A DNA stretch of 63,381 bases, counting the filler, from Reclinomonas americana ATCC 50394 (lineage: Eukaryota), in the NCBI GenBank assembly GCA_048213135.1. It is 19 parts of 19 records of this genome, joined end to end, with 100 filler letters (N's around TTAATTAATTAA, not from the genome) between each part and the next. Parts side by side here need not be neighbours in the genome. Positions count along the whole stretch, not along the records: positions 41,945 to 45,880 come from AFZH01019519.1; positions 45,981 to 49,407 come from AFZH01019522.1; positions 49,508 to 59,088 come from AFZH01019523.1; 16 more parts are not named here. One strand, written 5' to 3'. The translations under genes and the position numbers were made by a program. Below the pieces are notes generated by a model. The model saw only the letters and a list, made by a program, of their open reading frames with translations. It ran no database searches and was not told where the DNA came from. Positions 43,469 to 54,200 of this stretch are shown here, in pieces. Positions within the stretch are counted from its first letter, which is position 1, and each line of letters begins with the position of its first letter.

Positions 43469-44683
43469 ATGATGGACCAGGTGACGACGGCTCCCGCGGG
43501 GCTCGGATTTCCGCCATTCGACCTTGCCGCCGAATTCTCGCGCTTCCGCCAGAACTGGCCCGCCAAGCTGCATTTCGCCGCCCATAGCCATCATTTCTGG
43601 CCGGACGCCACCCGCGAGGCGCATTTGCGCGCCTGGGACGATGCCGCCCGCCTCGTCGACGGCAAGTGGCAGGAGGTGCTGGGGCCGGTCTGGCAGAAGG
43701 TCGCGCAAGGCGTGGCCAAGCACTTGAACCTGCCTGGGATCGACGGCCTCGTTCCGGCCAACAACACCCATGAATTCGTCAACCGCTTGCTCTCCTGCCT
43801 GCCGCGCGATCGCAAGCCGCGCGTCCTGACCAGCGATGCCGAGTTCCACTCCTTCCGGCGCCAGATCGAGCGGCTCGCAGAGGACGGGCTGATCGAGTTG
43901 ACGGTCGTGCCTGCGGAGCCCTTCGCGGGCCTGGCGGAGCGGCTGATCGCGGCGGCGCAGCACGGTCCCGGCCCCGACATGGTCTTCGTCAGTCAGGTCC
44001 ATTTCAACTCAGGCTATGCGCTGACCGATCTGGAAACACTGGTCGACGGAGTCGCGGCACCCGGGCGGCTCGTCGTCATCGACGGCTATCACGGCTTCCT
44101 GGCGCGGCCGACCGATCTCTCGGGGATCGCCGACAAGGCCTTCTACATCGCCGGCGGCTACAAATACGCCATGTCGGGCGAGGGCGCCTGCTTCATGCAC
44201 TGCCCACCCGGCTTCGGGATGCGCCCGCGCGATACCGGCTGGTACGCCTCCTTCGGCGCGCTCTCGGGCGCGCAGGGCGAAATCGGCTATGCCCAGAACG
44301 GCTGGCGCTTCATGGGCGCGACCTTCGACCCTTCCGGCCTCTACCGTATGGGCGCGATGTTCGACTGGCTCGATGCCAAGTGCCTCGGCGTCGCCGCGAT
44401 CCACGCCCACACCCGTGCCTTGCAGGCGATCTTCGCCGAGGGGCTGGCGCGGCGGCCCTGCGGTGCGCTCGCTTTGGAGAATCTGGTCGTGCCGCCTGAC
44501 GAGCCGGCACGCGGCAATTTCTTGACCTTCCGCCATGCCGATGCGGCGCTCTGGCATGAGAAGCTGAAGCAGGCCGGCATCACCGTCGACCTGCGTGGTG
44601 ATCGCCTGCGGGTCGGTTTCGGGCTCTACCAGACGGAAGCCGATGTGAAGCTGCTGCTGGAGCGGCTGTTGACCTTGCGGTAG
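43469..44683 (+). CDS. Class V PLP-dependent enzyme, kynureninase-like
   Basis: TSDAEFHS, VSQVHFNSG, VIDGYH, GGYKY (PLP lysine), GWYA, GATFD, DLRGDRLRVGFGLY; divergent from kynA. Confidence 0.85.
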   Translation: MMDQVTTAPAGLGFPPFDLAAEFSRFRQNWPAKLHFAAHSHHFWPDATREAHLRAWDDAARLVDGKWQEVLGPVWQKVAQGVAKHLNLPGIDGLVPANNTHEFVNRLLSCLPRDRKPRVLTSDAEFHSFRRQIERLAEDGLIELTVVPAEPFAGLAERLIAAAQHGPGPDMVFVSQVHFNSGYALTDLETLVDGVAAPGRLVVIDGYHGFLARPTDLSGIADKAFYIAGGYKYAMSGEGACFMHCPPGFGMRPRDTGWYASFGALSGAQGEIGYAQNGWRFMGATFDPSGLYRMGAMFDWLDAKCLGVAAIHAHTRALQAIFAEGLARRPCGALALENLVVPPDEPARGNFLTFRHADAALWHEKLKQAGITVDLRGDRLRVGFGLYQTEADVKLLLERLLTLR

Positions 44684-44739
44684 GCTCCGCTCCCGATCAG
44701 CTATTGTGTGCTGGTCGATCGAACGGACGGAGCTGACGC

Positions 44740-45153
44740 ATGAAGACGCTGCCCGGCCTCGTGATCGCTGCCGTTCTCGCTTCCCTCGCTCCCGCGCTGG
44801 CGCAGGCTCCCGGCAAAGCCGTGGCTTCCACGGCCGTGCAAAAGGAGTTCGAGGACTTCATCGCAAAGTTCCGGGCAGCGCTGAAGGCGAATGATCCGGC
44901 CACCGTCGCCGCCATGACGAAGCTGCCCTATATGGGCGATGCTTCCATCGCCGAAGCCGCGCAGTTCCGCGCCAAGGTCTGGCCGAGCGATTTCAACGCG
45001 AAGAACCGCGCCTGCCTGCAGCGCACCAAGCCGGTCTATGACCGCGATGGCGCCAGGAACGAGGTCTACGCCATCGCCTGCGGCGGCAGCATCTTCACCT
45101 TCACCAGGACATCGGCCGGCTTCCAGCTCACGGATGTCGATATCGCCGATTAA
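44740..45153 (+). CDS. Secreted hypothetical protein
   Basis: RBS GGAG, signal peptide ending ALA, two Cys. Confidence 0.75.
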   Translation: MKTLPGLVIAAVLASLAPALAQAPGKAVASTAVQKEFEDFIAKFRAALKANDPATVAAMTKLPYMGDASIAEAAQFRAKVWPSDFNAKNRACLQRTKPVYDRDGARNEVYAIACGGSIFTFTRTSAGFQLTDVDIAD

Positions 45154-45173
45154 GTGGCGACATCGAATAATCG

Positions 45174-45878
45174 TCAGCGCTGCGCGGTGTCGACGCTGAC
45201 CACCACCGACATGCCGGGCGAGAGCCGCTCGGCCAGGCTCTGACCAGGATCGATCGCGATCCGCACCGGCACGCGCTGGGCGATCTTGACGAAATTGCCG
45301 GTCGCGTTCTCCGGCCGGATCACGCTGAACTCCGAGCCGGCCGCGGGCGAGAAGCGCTCGATCGTGCCGGTCAGCCTTGCATGGCGCAGGGCATCGACGG
45401 TGAAGGAGACCTTCTGGCCGATGCGCATGCCGGAGAGCTGGGTCTCCTTGAAATTGGCGATTACCCAGACCTGGCTCGGCACCAGCGCCATCAATTGCGT
45501 GCCGGCCGAGACGTATTGCCCGAGCCGGGCCGAGACCTCGCCGAGGCGTCCGTCCTGCGGCGCGGTGATCCGGGTGTTCTGCAGGTCGATCTCGGCCAGG
45601 TGGACGGCCGCTTCGGCGCCCTGGACCGCCGCTTCGAGCGATGCCTTGTTGACGATGGCGCTCTGCACGTCCTGCCGGGAGACGTCGACGGCGGCCTTGC
45701 TTGCCGTCAGCCCGGCGCGGGCCTGGTCGAGCGCCTGCAGACTCTGGTCGGCATTGGTCTGATTGACGACGCCACGCTCACGCAGCGGCTCGATGCGGCC
45801 CCAATTGGCTTCCGCCGTGCGCAGTGCGGCCTCGGCGCTGGCGACATTGGCTTCGCTGGCGCGCTGGCGTGCCTCGGC
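45174..45878 (-). CDS. HlyD/EmrA family membrane fusion protein (5'-truncated)
   Basis: TRITAPQDG, WVIANFKETQL, PAAGSEFS, NATGNFVKIAQRVPVRI, LSPGMSV. Confidence 0.93.
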   Translation of the reverse strand, partial: AEARQRASEANVASAEAALRTAEANWGRIEPLRERGVVNQTNADQSLQALDQARAGLTASKAAVDVSRQDVQSAIVNKASLEAAVQGAEAAVHLAEIDLQNTRITAPQDGRLGEVSARLGQYVSAGTQLMALVPSQVWVIANFKETQLSGMRIGQKVSFTVDALRHARLTGTIERFSPAAGSEFSVIRPENATGNFVKIAQRVPVRIAIDPGQSLAERLSPGMSVVVSVDTAQR

Positions 45879-46112
45879 GGNNNNNNNNNNNNNNNNNNNN
45901 NNNNNNNNNNNNNNNNNNNNNNNNTTAATTAATTAANNNNNNNNNNNNNNNNNNNNNNNNNNNNNNNNNNNNNNNNNNNNCCCCTTCTCCCTTCTCCTTT
46001 CCCCCTCACCCTTTCCTCCTTCTCCCTTCCCCCTTCACCCTTCACCCTTCCCCCTTTCCCCTTCCCCCTTCCCCTTCCCCTCACGCCCTTTCCCCTCCCT
46101 TCCCCCTCGCAG

Positions 46113-47899
46113 CTCCTGGGCACCAGCGCGGACCTCTTCCGCATGGTCCCCATGGCCGTCTTCGTCATTGTGCCCTTCATGGAGCTGCTGCTGCCAATCT
46201 GCTTGAAACTCTTCCCCAACATGCTGCCGTCGACCTTCGAGGACAAGCTGAAAAAGGAGGAGGATTTGAAGCGCGCGCTCAAGGCCAAGCTGGAGCTGGC
46301 CAAGTTCCTGCAGGACACGGTGGAGGAGATGGCGACGCAGATCAAGGGTCCGCGTGCCGCCGAGGCCGCCGCTCTCCAGTCCTTCATTGAGGCTGTGCGT
46401 GAGGGCAAGACCGTCTCCAACGAGGACCTGCTGCGCTTCTCGCCGCTCTTCTCCGACGAAATCACTCTCGACAACCTGTCGCGTCCGCAGCTGGTGGCCA
46501 TGGCGCGCTTCCTCGGCCTGAACGCCTACGGCGCCGACGCCTTGCTGCGTTTCCGTCTGCGCAGCCGCCTGCGCCAGATCAACTCGGACGACAAGCTGAT
46601 TTGGTGGGAGGGTGTGGCGTCGCTCTCGGTGGAGGAGCTGACGCAGGCGTGTCTGGACCGCGGCATCAACACCAAGGGTGTGGCGCGCGCCAAGTTGCAG
46701 CGGGAGCTGCAGGAGTGGCTCGAGTTGTCGAACCAGAAGAGCGTGCCATCCACGTTGCTCATCATGTCGCGGGCGTTTGCCTTTACCTCGAGGTACTCCT
46801 ACTCCATTCGCTCTTCCTCGTTTCTTTGATTCTCCCTCACCTACCCCCTTCTTGCAGCACCTTCCGCGCCCTGCAGGAGACCATTGGCTCGCTCCCCGAC
46901 GAGGTCGTCGACTCGGTGCTCAGTGCCGACAACGAAGCCAAGCGTCGCGAGTCGCGCCTGGAGGCCATTCAGCGGCAGGAGGAACTGATTGCGGAGGAGG
47001 ATGAGCAGAAGCGCAAGAAGGCCGCTGCCGAGCACCACCATGTGCTGACCGAGCAGGAGGCCGTGGCTGCGGCCAAGGAGGCCGCCGAGACCGCCGAGCG
47101 GCAGGCCGAGCAGGCAGCGCAGGCGGCCAGCCTTCCGCCAGTGCCGTCTGCCGTGGAGTCACCAGTGGTGTTGTCATCGTCGTCGTCGGCGGCGTCGACA
47201 ATGGCGGCGGCGGAGACTGCTCCGTCAACCACTGCCACCATCACGGGCGATGCGGTAGCGACGACGGCGTCGACAGAAGACGATGCTGACGAGGAGGTGA
47301 CACTGACAAAGATTCGCGAGATCAGCGAGGCTGTGTCGGTGCTGGCCGCCGCCAGCGCCACGCTGCGCGAGTCGACCGAGTTGGAGGAGCTGAAGCGCGA
47401 TCGTGCCGACCTGCTGGCCTCGCTGCTGGCCACTCGTCTGTACCCGGACGCCGCGGAGACGGTGGATCCGGAGCTGCGCAAGCTGGGCGCGCTGGATCAG
47501 AAGCTGTCGCGCATGATTGTGAAGCTCGACGAGGAGATTCGCGCCGTCGACCGCCAGATCGGCACCGGCCTCAACCTGCTCGACAAGGACCGCGACGGTA
47601 TTGTGACGGTGCAGGAGCTGCAAATGGTGCTGTCGCTGCTGCGTGACCGCCCGAGCGACGACAAGGTGGTGGCGTACATTGTCAGCCGGCTGGATCCGGA
47701 CGGTGACGGCCGCGTGGTGCTCACCGAGCTGGAGTCGGCCATTGATCGGCTGGAGATGATGGAGGAGGAGGAGATTGAGGAGATTGATGTGGAGCCAAAG
47801 CAGGCGGTCGTGGCGGCTGAGAAGAAGGAGGTGGAGAAGCCGAAGAGACGGACGAAGAAGAGCAGCAGCAGCAGTAAGGCCAAGTCGGCCGCAGAGTGA
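46113..47899 (+). CDS. LETM1: LETM1 mitochondrial inner-membrane protein with C-terminal EF-hands (5' exons missing; intron 46793-46857)
   Basis: ADLFRMVPMAVFVIVPFMELLLPICLKLFPNMLPSTF, KLELAKFLQDT, FSDEITLDNLSRPQLVAM, DDKLIWWEG, WLELS..VPSTLLIMSRAF; EF loops DKDRDGIVTVQE and DPDGDGRVVLTE. Confidence 0.95.
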
Positions 47900-48102
47900 T
47901 TTGTTGTTGTTGTCGTAAGTGTTTGCTTGTTTGTTTGTGTGTGTGTGTGTTAGTGTTGTTGTTGTTTGCGTGTTTATAGTCGGCAGCGATGATGATGTAG
48001 TGGGCAGCGTTTCGTACTCAATTAAAAGCTGCAGTTGATGGGCAAGAGAAGGGGAGAAAGGGGAAGGGAGAAGGAGAAGGGAAAGGGGAAGGGAGAGGAA
48101 GA

Positions 48103-48136
<34 letters not shown>

Positions 48137-48174
48137 CACATGCAAACTTGATCATCAAGGCAGCTTATGGACGA

Positions 48175-49180
48175 ACAAGAGACATGCTACGCGGCACAGT
48201 ACGCGTGTGCATGTTACGCCTCTCTCACGTGGAATGGTGTCGCCTGAGAGGTCGCCTAGTGGTGTTAGCAGCCTACGCGACTCTCGCAGTGTCCATCTAT
48301 CTGTGGTATGGAACGGGGCATTCCGGTGATTCTTGCGTTCCAGGCCGATAAGGGAGAGAGAGAGAGGGAGGGATACAAGATAGCTTTGAATGCTGATACT
48401 GGAATTGCATTGGTCACAACGTCGGCAAGGAGAGGATTTTGCTTTGGATACGACGTCGCCTTCTGCGAGTAGACAGCTGGTTACGCTGTTTGGTAATTGT
48501 GGGTTGTGGCGAGCGCTGTGCGTACAAAAACACGCCTGCGTGTCCTTCAGGTCCTGATCAATCACACGTGTTCCGCTCAACGCACAAGACCATGCTACGC
48601 GGCACAGTACGCGTGTGCATGCTGCGCCTTTCCCGCGTGGAATGGTGTCGCCTAGGCGGCCGCCTAGTCGTCCTCGCAGCCTATGCCACCCTCGCAGTGT
48701 CCATCTATCTGTACATGTGGTACGGGACGGGCATTCCGGGGATTCTGGCGTTCCAGGCCGATAAGGGAGAGAGAGAGAGAGGAGAGGGAGGGATGCAAGA
48801 CAGCTTTGAATGCTGATATTGGAATTGCATTGGTCACAACGTCGGCATGAAGGAGATTTCAATATCTGGATTCAACGATGCCTCCCATGAATACAAAGCT
48901 TGCTTCGCCGTTTGGTAATTGTGGGTTGTGGTGAGCGCTGTGCGTACAAAGAGACGGCTGCGTGTCCTTCACGAGTCCTGCAATCACTCACACGTGTGTG
49001 TTCCCTTCCTCTCGCGACAATGTTACGCGGCACAGTACGCGTGTGCATGCTGCGCCTCTCTCGCGTAGAGTGGTGCCGCCTAGGTGGTCGCCTTGTGGTG
49101 TTAGCAGCCTACGCGACCCTCGCAGTGTCCATCTATCTGTGGTACGGGACGGGCATTCCGGTGATTCTTGCGTTCCAGGC
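48175..49180 (+). repeat. Three tandem copies (period 408 and 428 nt) of the upstream region plus first ~53 codons of the DHHC gene
   Basis: ATGs at 48184, 48592 and 49020 each begin MLRGTVRVCMLRLS; the inter-copy spacers are also homologous. Confidence 0.92.
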
Positions 49181-50496
49181 AGAGAGTATGCATCATTATC
49201 TGTGTCTGGCGTGGGCGTGGACGCAAGCGCTGTTGGGAGTGCCGATCTTTGGGAACATTGTGGCAAATTACGCCTTGGCGATATGGACGGATGCGGGGAT
49301 GCCGGGAGGTGAGGGAAGGGAGTGAGAGGGAGGGAAGGGGGTGAGAGAGAGAGAGAGAGAGAGAGGGAATCGAAGAATGTGATTGTGTTCATGCACTTCA
49401 TCATTGTNNNNNNNNNNNNNNNNNNNNNNNNNNNNNNNNNNNNNNNNNNNNTTAATTAATTAANNNNNNNNNNNNNNNNNNNNNNNNNNNNNNNNNNNNN
49501 NNNNNNNTGAGTCCGAAAGGACTCTGTCGTTTCGCTGACTGCTTTTTCCTCTCCCCGCGCGTTTTAGCTCCCGCCTGGTGTCACCGTCGACGACTTGAAC
49601 ACTCTCCGCTTCCTGTTCATCCTGTCGTGCACATTCGGTGGCATTCTCGGCGGCCTCGGCGTGTGGCACACGTACTTGTTGCTGACGGGGCAGACGACGT
49701 TGGAGTGGGTGGTGAATCGGGAGCGCAAGGCGCATACACCAGTTGCGTGGAAGAAGGGGAGGGTGGGGGAATGGAGAGGGAGAGGGGTAAGGAGTGGGGG
49801 AGGGGAGAGGGAGAGGGAGAGAGGGAGAGAGAGAGAGTGTGTGTGAGAGAGAGAGGGAGCAGGTGGGTTGGCCTATCCGGCCTGGACGCGAAAAATATTT
49901 GTCGACAAGGACTGCAAGCCTTCATCTGGTTGTGGGCGTTGTAGTTGTATGAGAAAGTCACAGGGAGTTGCTGGCCTGCGACGGTGTTCGAATTGTGGTC
50001 CTGAGTGTGTGTGTGTGAGAGAGAGAGAATGGTGACGAACGAGGGGGCACGGATGAGGACGAAGGATGTGCATGCTGCAGAAAGACTGAGAGAGAGAGAG
50101 AGAGAGCGAGAGCATGAGCGTGTTTGCACGGACCGCGATGGGGGGTGAGAGAGGAAGAAGATGGAGTGAGCTGTACAGACTGACAGAAACAAGTGAGAAT
50201 GAGAGAGAGGTGAGGGAGGAGGAGAACGGGTGAGCAATAATGACTAATCGTTGCAACACCGCTTCGTCGCAGAGCTACCGCAATCCTTACGACCGCGGCT
50301 GGAGACGCAACTGTGAACTGGTGCTGGGTCCGATGCGCAAGTTGCGTGACAGCATACCTCGCTTACGGATCCGCTGTCATAAACTCACACTCCCCCTCCA
50401 CTCGCCTCACGCAGTTGGTGGTTGGTCTACTGGGTGCCCGGGTACCGCGTCGATCCGCCTCGGGGCTCATCGTACACCACCGAAGAGTACGTTTAG
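49020..50496 (+). CDS. DHHC palmitoyltransferase (ZDHHC16-like), multi-exon, spanning a linker that hides the DHHC domain
   Basis: Exon 49020-49308 has two TMs ending NYALAIWTDAG (DPG-like motif). After the gap come GLGVWHTYLLLTGQTTLE (TTxE), YRNPYDRGWRRNCELVLG and a final exon ending at TAG 50496. Joining across the gap is inferred. Confidence 0.75.
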
Positions 50497-50574
50497 GCGG
50501 CATGCGTCGACCGCAAACAAGATGATTTCCCAGTGTAGACATAGTGGGTTGCGTGGAAAGCACGATACGGGCAA

Positions 50575-51100
50575 CCAAGCAGCAGCAGGTGGTGTCTCGC
50601 AGGTATTGTAACCATCTCTGAAGACGTGAACGCCGACGTCGGAATGCAGCGGGTAGTCAAACAACAGCAGGTGGTGTCTCATCTCGGAGGACGTCGTCGC
50701 CGACGTCGGAATGCAACGTGCAATCAAGCAACAGCACAGGTATTACCACCATCTCGGCTGACGTGCCGACGTCGGATTGCAACCTCCTTTCTGCTCGCCA
50801 GAACCATAGATGACGTGCATGGCCAAGGGTGAGACTGCGCCTCCTGCGCTTCTCCGACGCCACGAGCAATCGTCGGCGTCGGAGCTGCAATGTCGAACTT
50901 GCTTCCTCGGCGTCTCTACCATCTCTGATGTCGTGCATGTCGCCGGAGAGCAGCAAGTTCCACTGTTTTGCCAACTTCGCCTACTGACCGTATCTCCACC
51001 ACCTCTGAAGTTGTGCACGTCGCGACGTGCGGCGACTGCTGCCGGTTGCAAATCGAGCTTTTCCCTTGTATTCGCTCCGTCTCCGAAGTTGCGTACATGC
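50575..51100. repeat. Degenerate tandem repeat containing three perfect CCGACGTCGG palindromes
   Basis: Palindromes at 50633, 50700 and 50766 (spacing 67 and 66); a related CATCTC(T/G)G..ACGT motif recurs to about 51100. Confidence 0.7.
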
Positions 51101-51205
51101 ATGTTGCAGCAGCAAGAGAGAGTTATGACAACTTCAATACCGAACTCGTGTCCTCTGAGGAACATTGCAAACGAACTCTTCCTTGAGCGCGTGTCTCTCA
51201 GTCTC

Positions 51206-54200
51206 ATGGCACTTGAGTCTCGTGGAGTCTTCCTCAACGCCACTGGAGAAGAGTGGCTTGCGCAGGACAGCGATGATGATGATGACGACGAAGGAACAAG
51301 CATGCAGAAGGCGCGAAAGAAGCCTTCTGCGGGTACAATGAGTGCGGAGCAAGTCTGGCAGCGCGTGCTCAATGTTGAGTGAGAGGAGAGAGAGAGGGAG
51401 AGGGAGGGAGGGAGGGAGGGAGGGGGGAAGAGAGAGACAAGTGCGTGCAAGTGTGTGCAAGTGTGTGCAAGTGTGTGTATGTGTGTGGAAGTGTGTGGAA
51501 GTGTGTGGAAGTGTGTGCAAGTGTGTGGAAGTGTGTGGAAGTGTGTGGAAGTGTGTGCAAGTGTGTGAGTGTGTGCGAGTGTGTGCAAGTGTGTGCAAGT
51601 GTGTGCGAGTGGTGTGCAAGTGTGTGCAAGTGTGTGGAAGTGTGTGGAAGTGTGCGCAAGTGTGTGGAAGTGTGTGCAAGTGTGTGGAAGTGTATGCGAG
51701 TGAGAGAATGACTGCAGATTGCAAATCAGTGACTGTTAACAGTGATTTTCCTGTCTCACTCACTCTCACCCTCTCTCTCTCTCTCAGTGGAACTGGAAAG
51801 ACGTTTTCCGCGCTGTTCTCCCCGACGATATCAACCGTGCAGACAACATTCAAGTTTTCTCATCCTTTTTTTTGTTATTGTTGTTATCAGTCTTCACTTG
51901 TCTCTCATCTCTTGTCGCCGGGAAACAGCTGGAGGGTCCTCTCGTGCTGCAAGTCGGTCGCATTCGCAATGTGACTGCGCCTGCGCATGCGCAGGATCGT
52001 GAGCCGGCACTGTTGCAGGTATCGTTGACCGATGGGCATATCATTACGCATGGAGTCTCGTATGGAAGGTTCGACGAGCAAGGAGGAGAGAGGGAGAGTG
52101 TTGACGGGCGTGACTCACTTGCGTTGTTTTGGTGTGCTGCATGCAGTCTCGGGAAAGAGATCACGTGAGTCGCTTGTGAGGGATGAGTCGCTTTTTCTTG
52201 TTGGTGCATCCCTCCTTGTCGCTCCTCTCGCTGCTCTCGCTGCTCTCGTTGCTCTCGCTGCTCTCGCTGCTCTCGTTGCTCTCGCTGCTCTCGCTGCTCT
52301 CGCTGCTCTCGCTGCTCTCGTTGCTCTCGCTGCTCTCGCTGCTCTCGCTGCTCTCGCTGCTCTCGCTGCTCTCGTTGCTCTCGCTGCTCTCGCTGCTCTT
52401 GCTGCTTACGCTGCTCTCGCTACTCTGGTTGCTCCCTCTTGCTAGCTGCTCACTCTCTCGCTCTCTCTCTCTCTCTCTCTCGCTCGCTCTTCGCTCCCCC
52501 TTTGCCTTCCTCACCAACTATCATGCTCCTGCTAGCATCAACACACCCCCCGGCACCAAGGTCGAGCTGCGGGGCGTGACGGTGCGAAATGGCACATTGT
52601 TGCTCACGCCGAGTTGCATCCGCGTGGTGGGCGGCCGCGTCAAGGATCTGTACGAGGCGTGGGCGTTGAAGCGGGTTTGTGTACATTGATTTGTGGCGTG
52701 TGCGTGCATGTCGTGCTGATCATGCGCGTGGTTGCCAGGAACACGGTCGACTTCGTGGTCACTTTTCCGTCAAGGCCGCCGAGGCGTACGAAGCCACAGC
52801 TGCGGCTGCGCAAGGAGCCAGTGGTTCGGCGGCGCCCGTGGCTGGTGGACCGCCGCCGTTCAAGCCCCTCCCCAAGGTGCGTCGTGCTCATAGGCTCTTG
52901 TTCTTCTTTTCATTCATCCTGTCGGCCGCGCAGGGCATGCTGGGGCGCAAGATTCCGCTCGCGCAAACTTCCTTTGTCGGCACCGGCTACCAGGGGCAGC
53001 GAAAGCCGCTCACGGTCAGGGAGGAAACGTGCAGGAGATTGTCCATCGCATGTTCGCCCCTCTCACCCGTCTTGCTGCAGGGCTGGAACGCCTCGGGCAG
53101 CAGCACCGAGCCTGGTGGCTCTGGCTTGGCGTCGACGACGCCCGCGCAGCCTGGGAAATCTGCGTCTGTGCCACCTCCGCCGCCGCCACCGTCGCGCCCC
53201 ACCAACAAACCAGCCGGAGGCAACGACCGTGATCACGACGACGATGATGACGATGACGGGGACGACGAAGGCAAGCGCCTTAGTGGCTCGGTGCGCGGAC
53301 CGCCCAGTGCACGCGGCAAAGTTGGTGCGCTCGAAGAGTTGTGTTTACTGTCGCACGCATGTGCACGTCGCTCACAGCTGTATTGCTGGCGCAGGTTTTG
53401 AGAGTCAGCGAGGGGGTCGTGGTGGTCGCGGTGGTGAGTGAAGAGGGGAAGGGCGACAAGTTGTGAGGGTAGAGAACAAGAGCAGGCGCTTTCCGATTGG
53501 AGGAAGGGGACAATAAGTCGAGGGACGCAGAGGGAGAAAGCATGTGAGGGACGCGGAAGGAGATAGGCGGTGAGGATCGCAGAATGAGAAAATCTGTGAG
53601 AACAGAGAACGAGTATGGCAGCGAGGATCGCAGAAGGAGAGAGCCAGTGAGTAGCAGAGAAGGAGTACGATATTTATGAAGGCAGAAGACAAAATCTGTG
53701 GAAGCCTGTGACGAGGAACAGAGAAGGCGAAAGGGAGTGAGGAGAAGCCGGCGACGGATGAGGGGATGAGGGAGAAGAAGAAAGAAAGTTGATTACTTAC
53801 CGGCGTGAGAGCCAGGAGAGGACAAAGAGAGTTGGTCGTGTCGAGTGAAGGAGACAGAACTGAGTGGATTCCGTCGCAAGGCAGTTGGTTGCTGACCTCA
53901 TTCTTTCAGGTCGAGGTGGCCGTGGACGCGACCGTCCATTCAGTGCTGATTACCGAGGCGGAGCGGTGCAGCGTTTCGTATTTTCCTGCGAATGTACCTG
54001 CTGTGAATCATGACTCACTATATGCACACGCAGTGACAATGCAGGAGCATGCGAATTACTGTTGCGTCGCTTGGAATCGAGGAACACTCTGTATGCTGTG
54101 TTGCTCATCTCTCCGATAACAACAACAGCGACCCTCGAGTCCATGGGCTTTGTGGATCGCGATCAGTCCGCCGAGGCTCTGCGGAGGGCCGATGGCAACC

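Larger units (their letters stand above)
16912..45880. other. Block of 10 bacterial contigs (GC-rich Hyphomicrobiales, Bosea-like)
   Basis: Intronless, gene-dense, GC3-rich ORFs with Shine-Dalgarno sites and intrinsic terminators. Includes genes typical of alphaproteobacteria (MucR/Ros, DUF1150, HWE kinase). The genus is an inference. Confidence 0.9.

Noticed and set aside
50575..50780. CRISPR array
   Set aside because: Only three short palindromes, spacers similar to each other, eukaryotic context and no cas genes.
51440..51695. Telomeric repeat
   Set aside because: Internal to an intron, heterogeneous, and not a known telomere unit.
51342..52689. ORFs with CKCVEV, HTLPHT, ALAALA or SESSES repeats
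   Set aside because: Translations of intronic 10-bp and 9-bp minisatellites; the flanking TDRD3-like exons splice around them.
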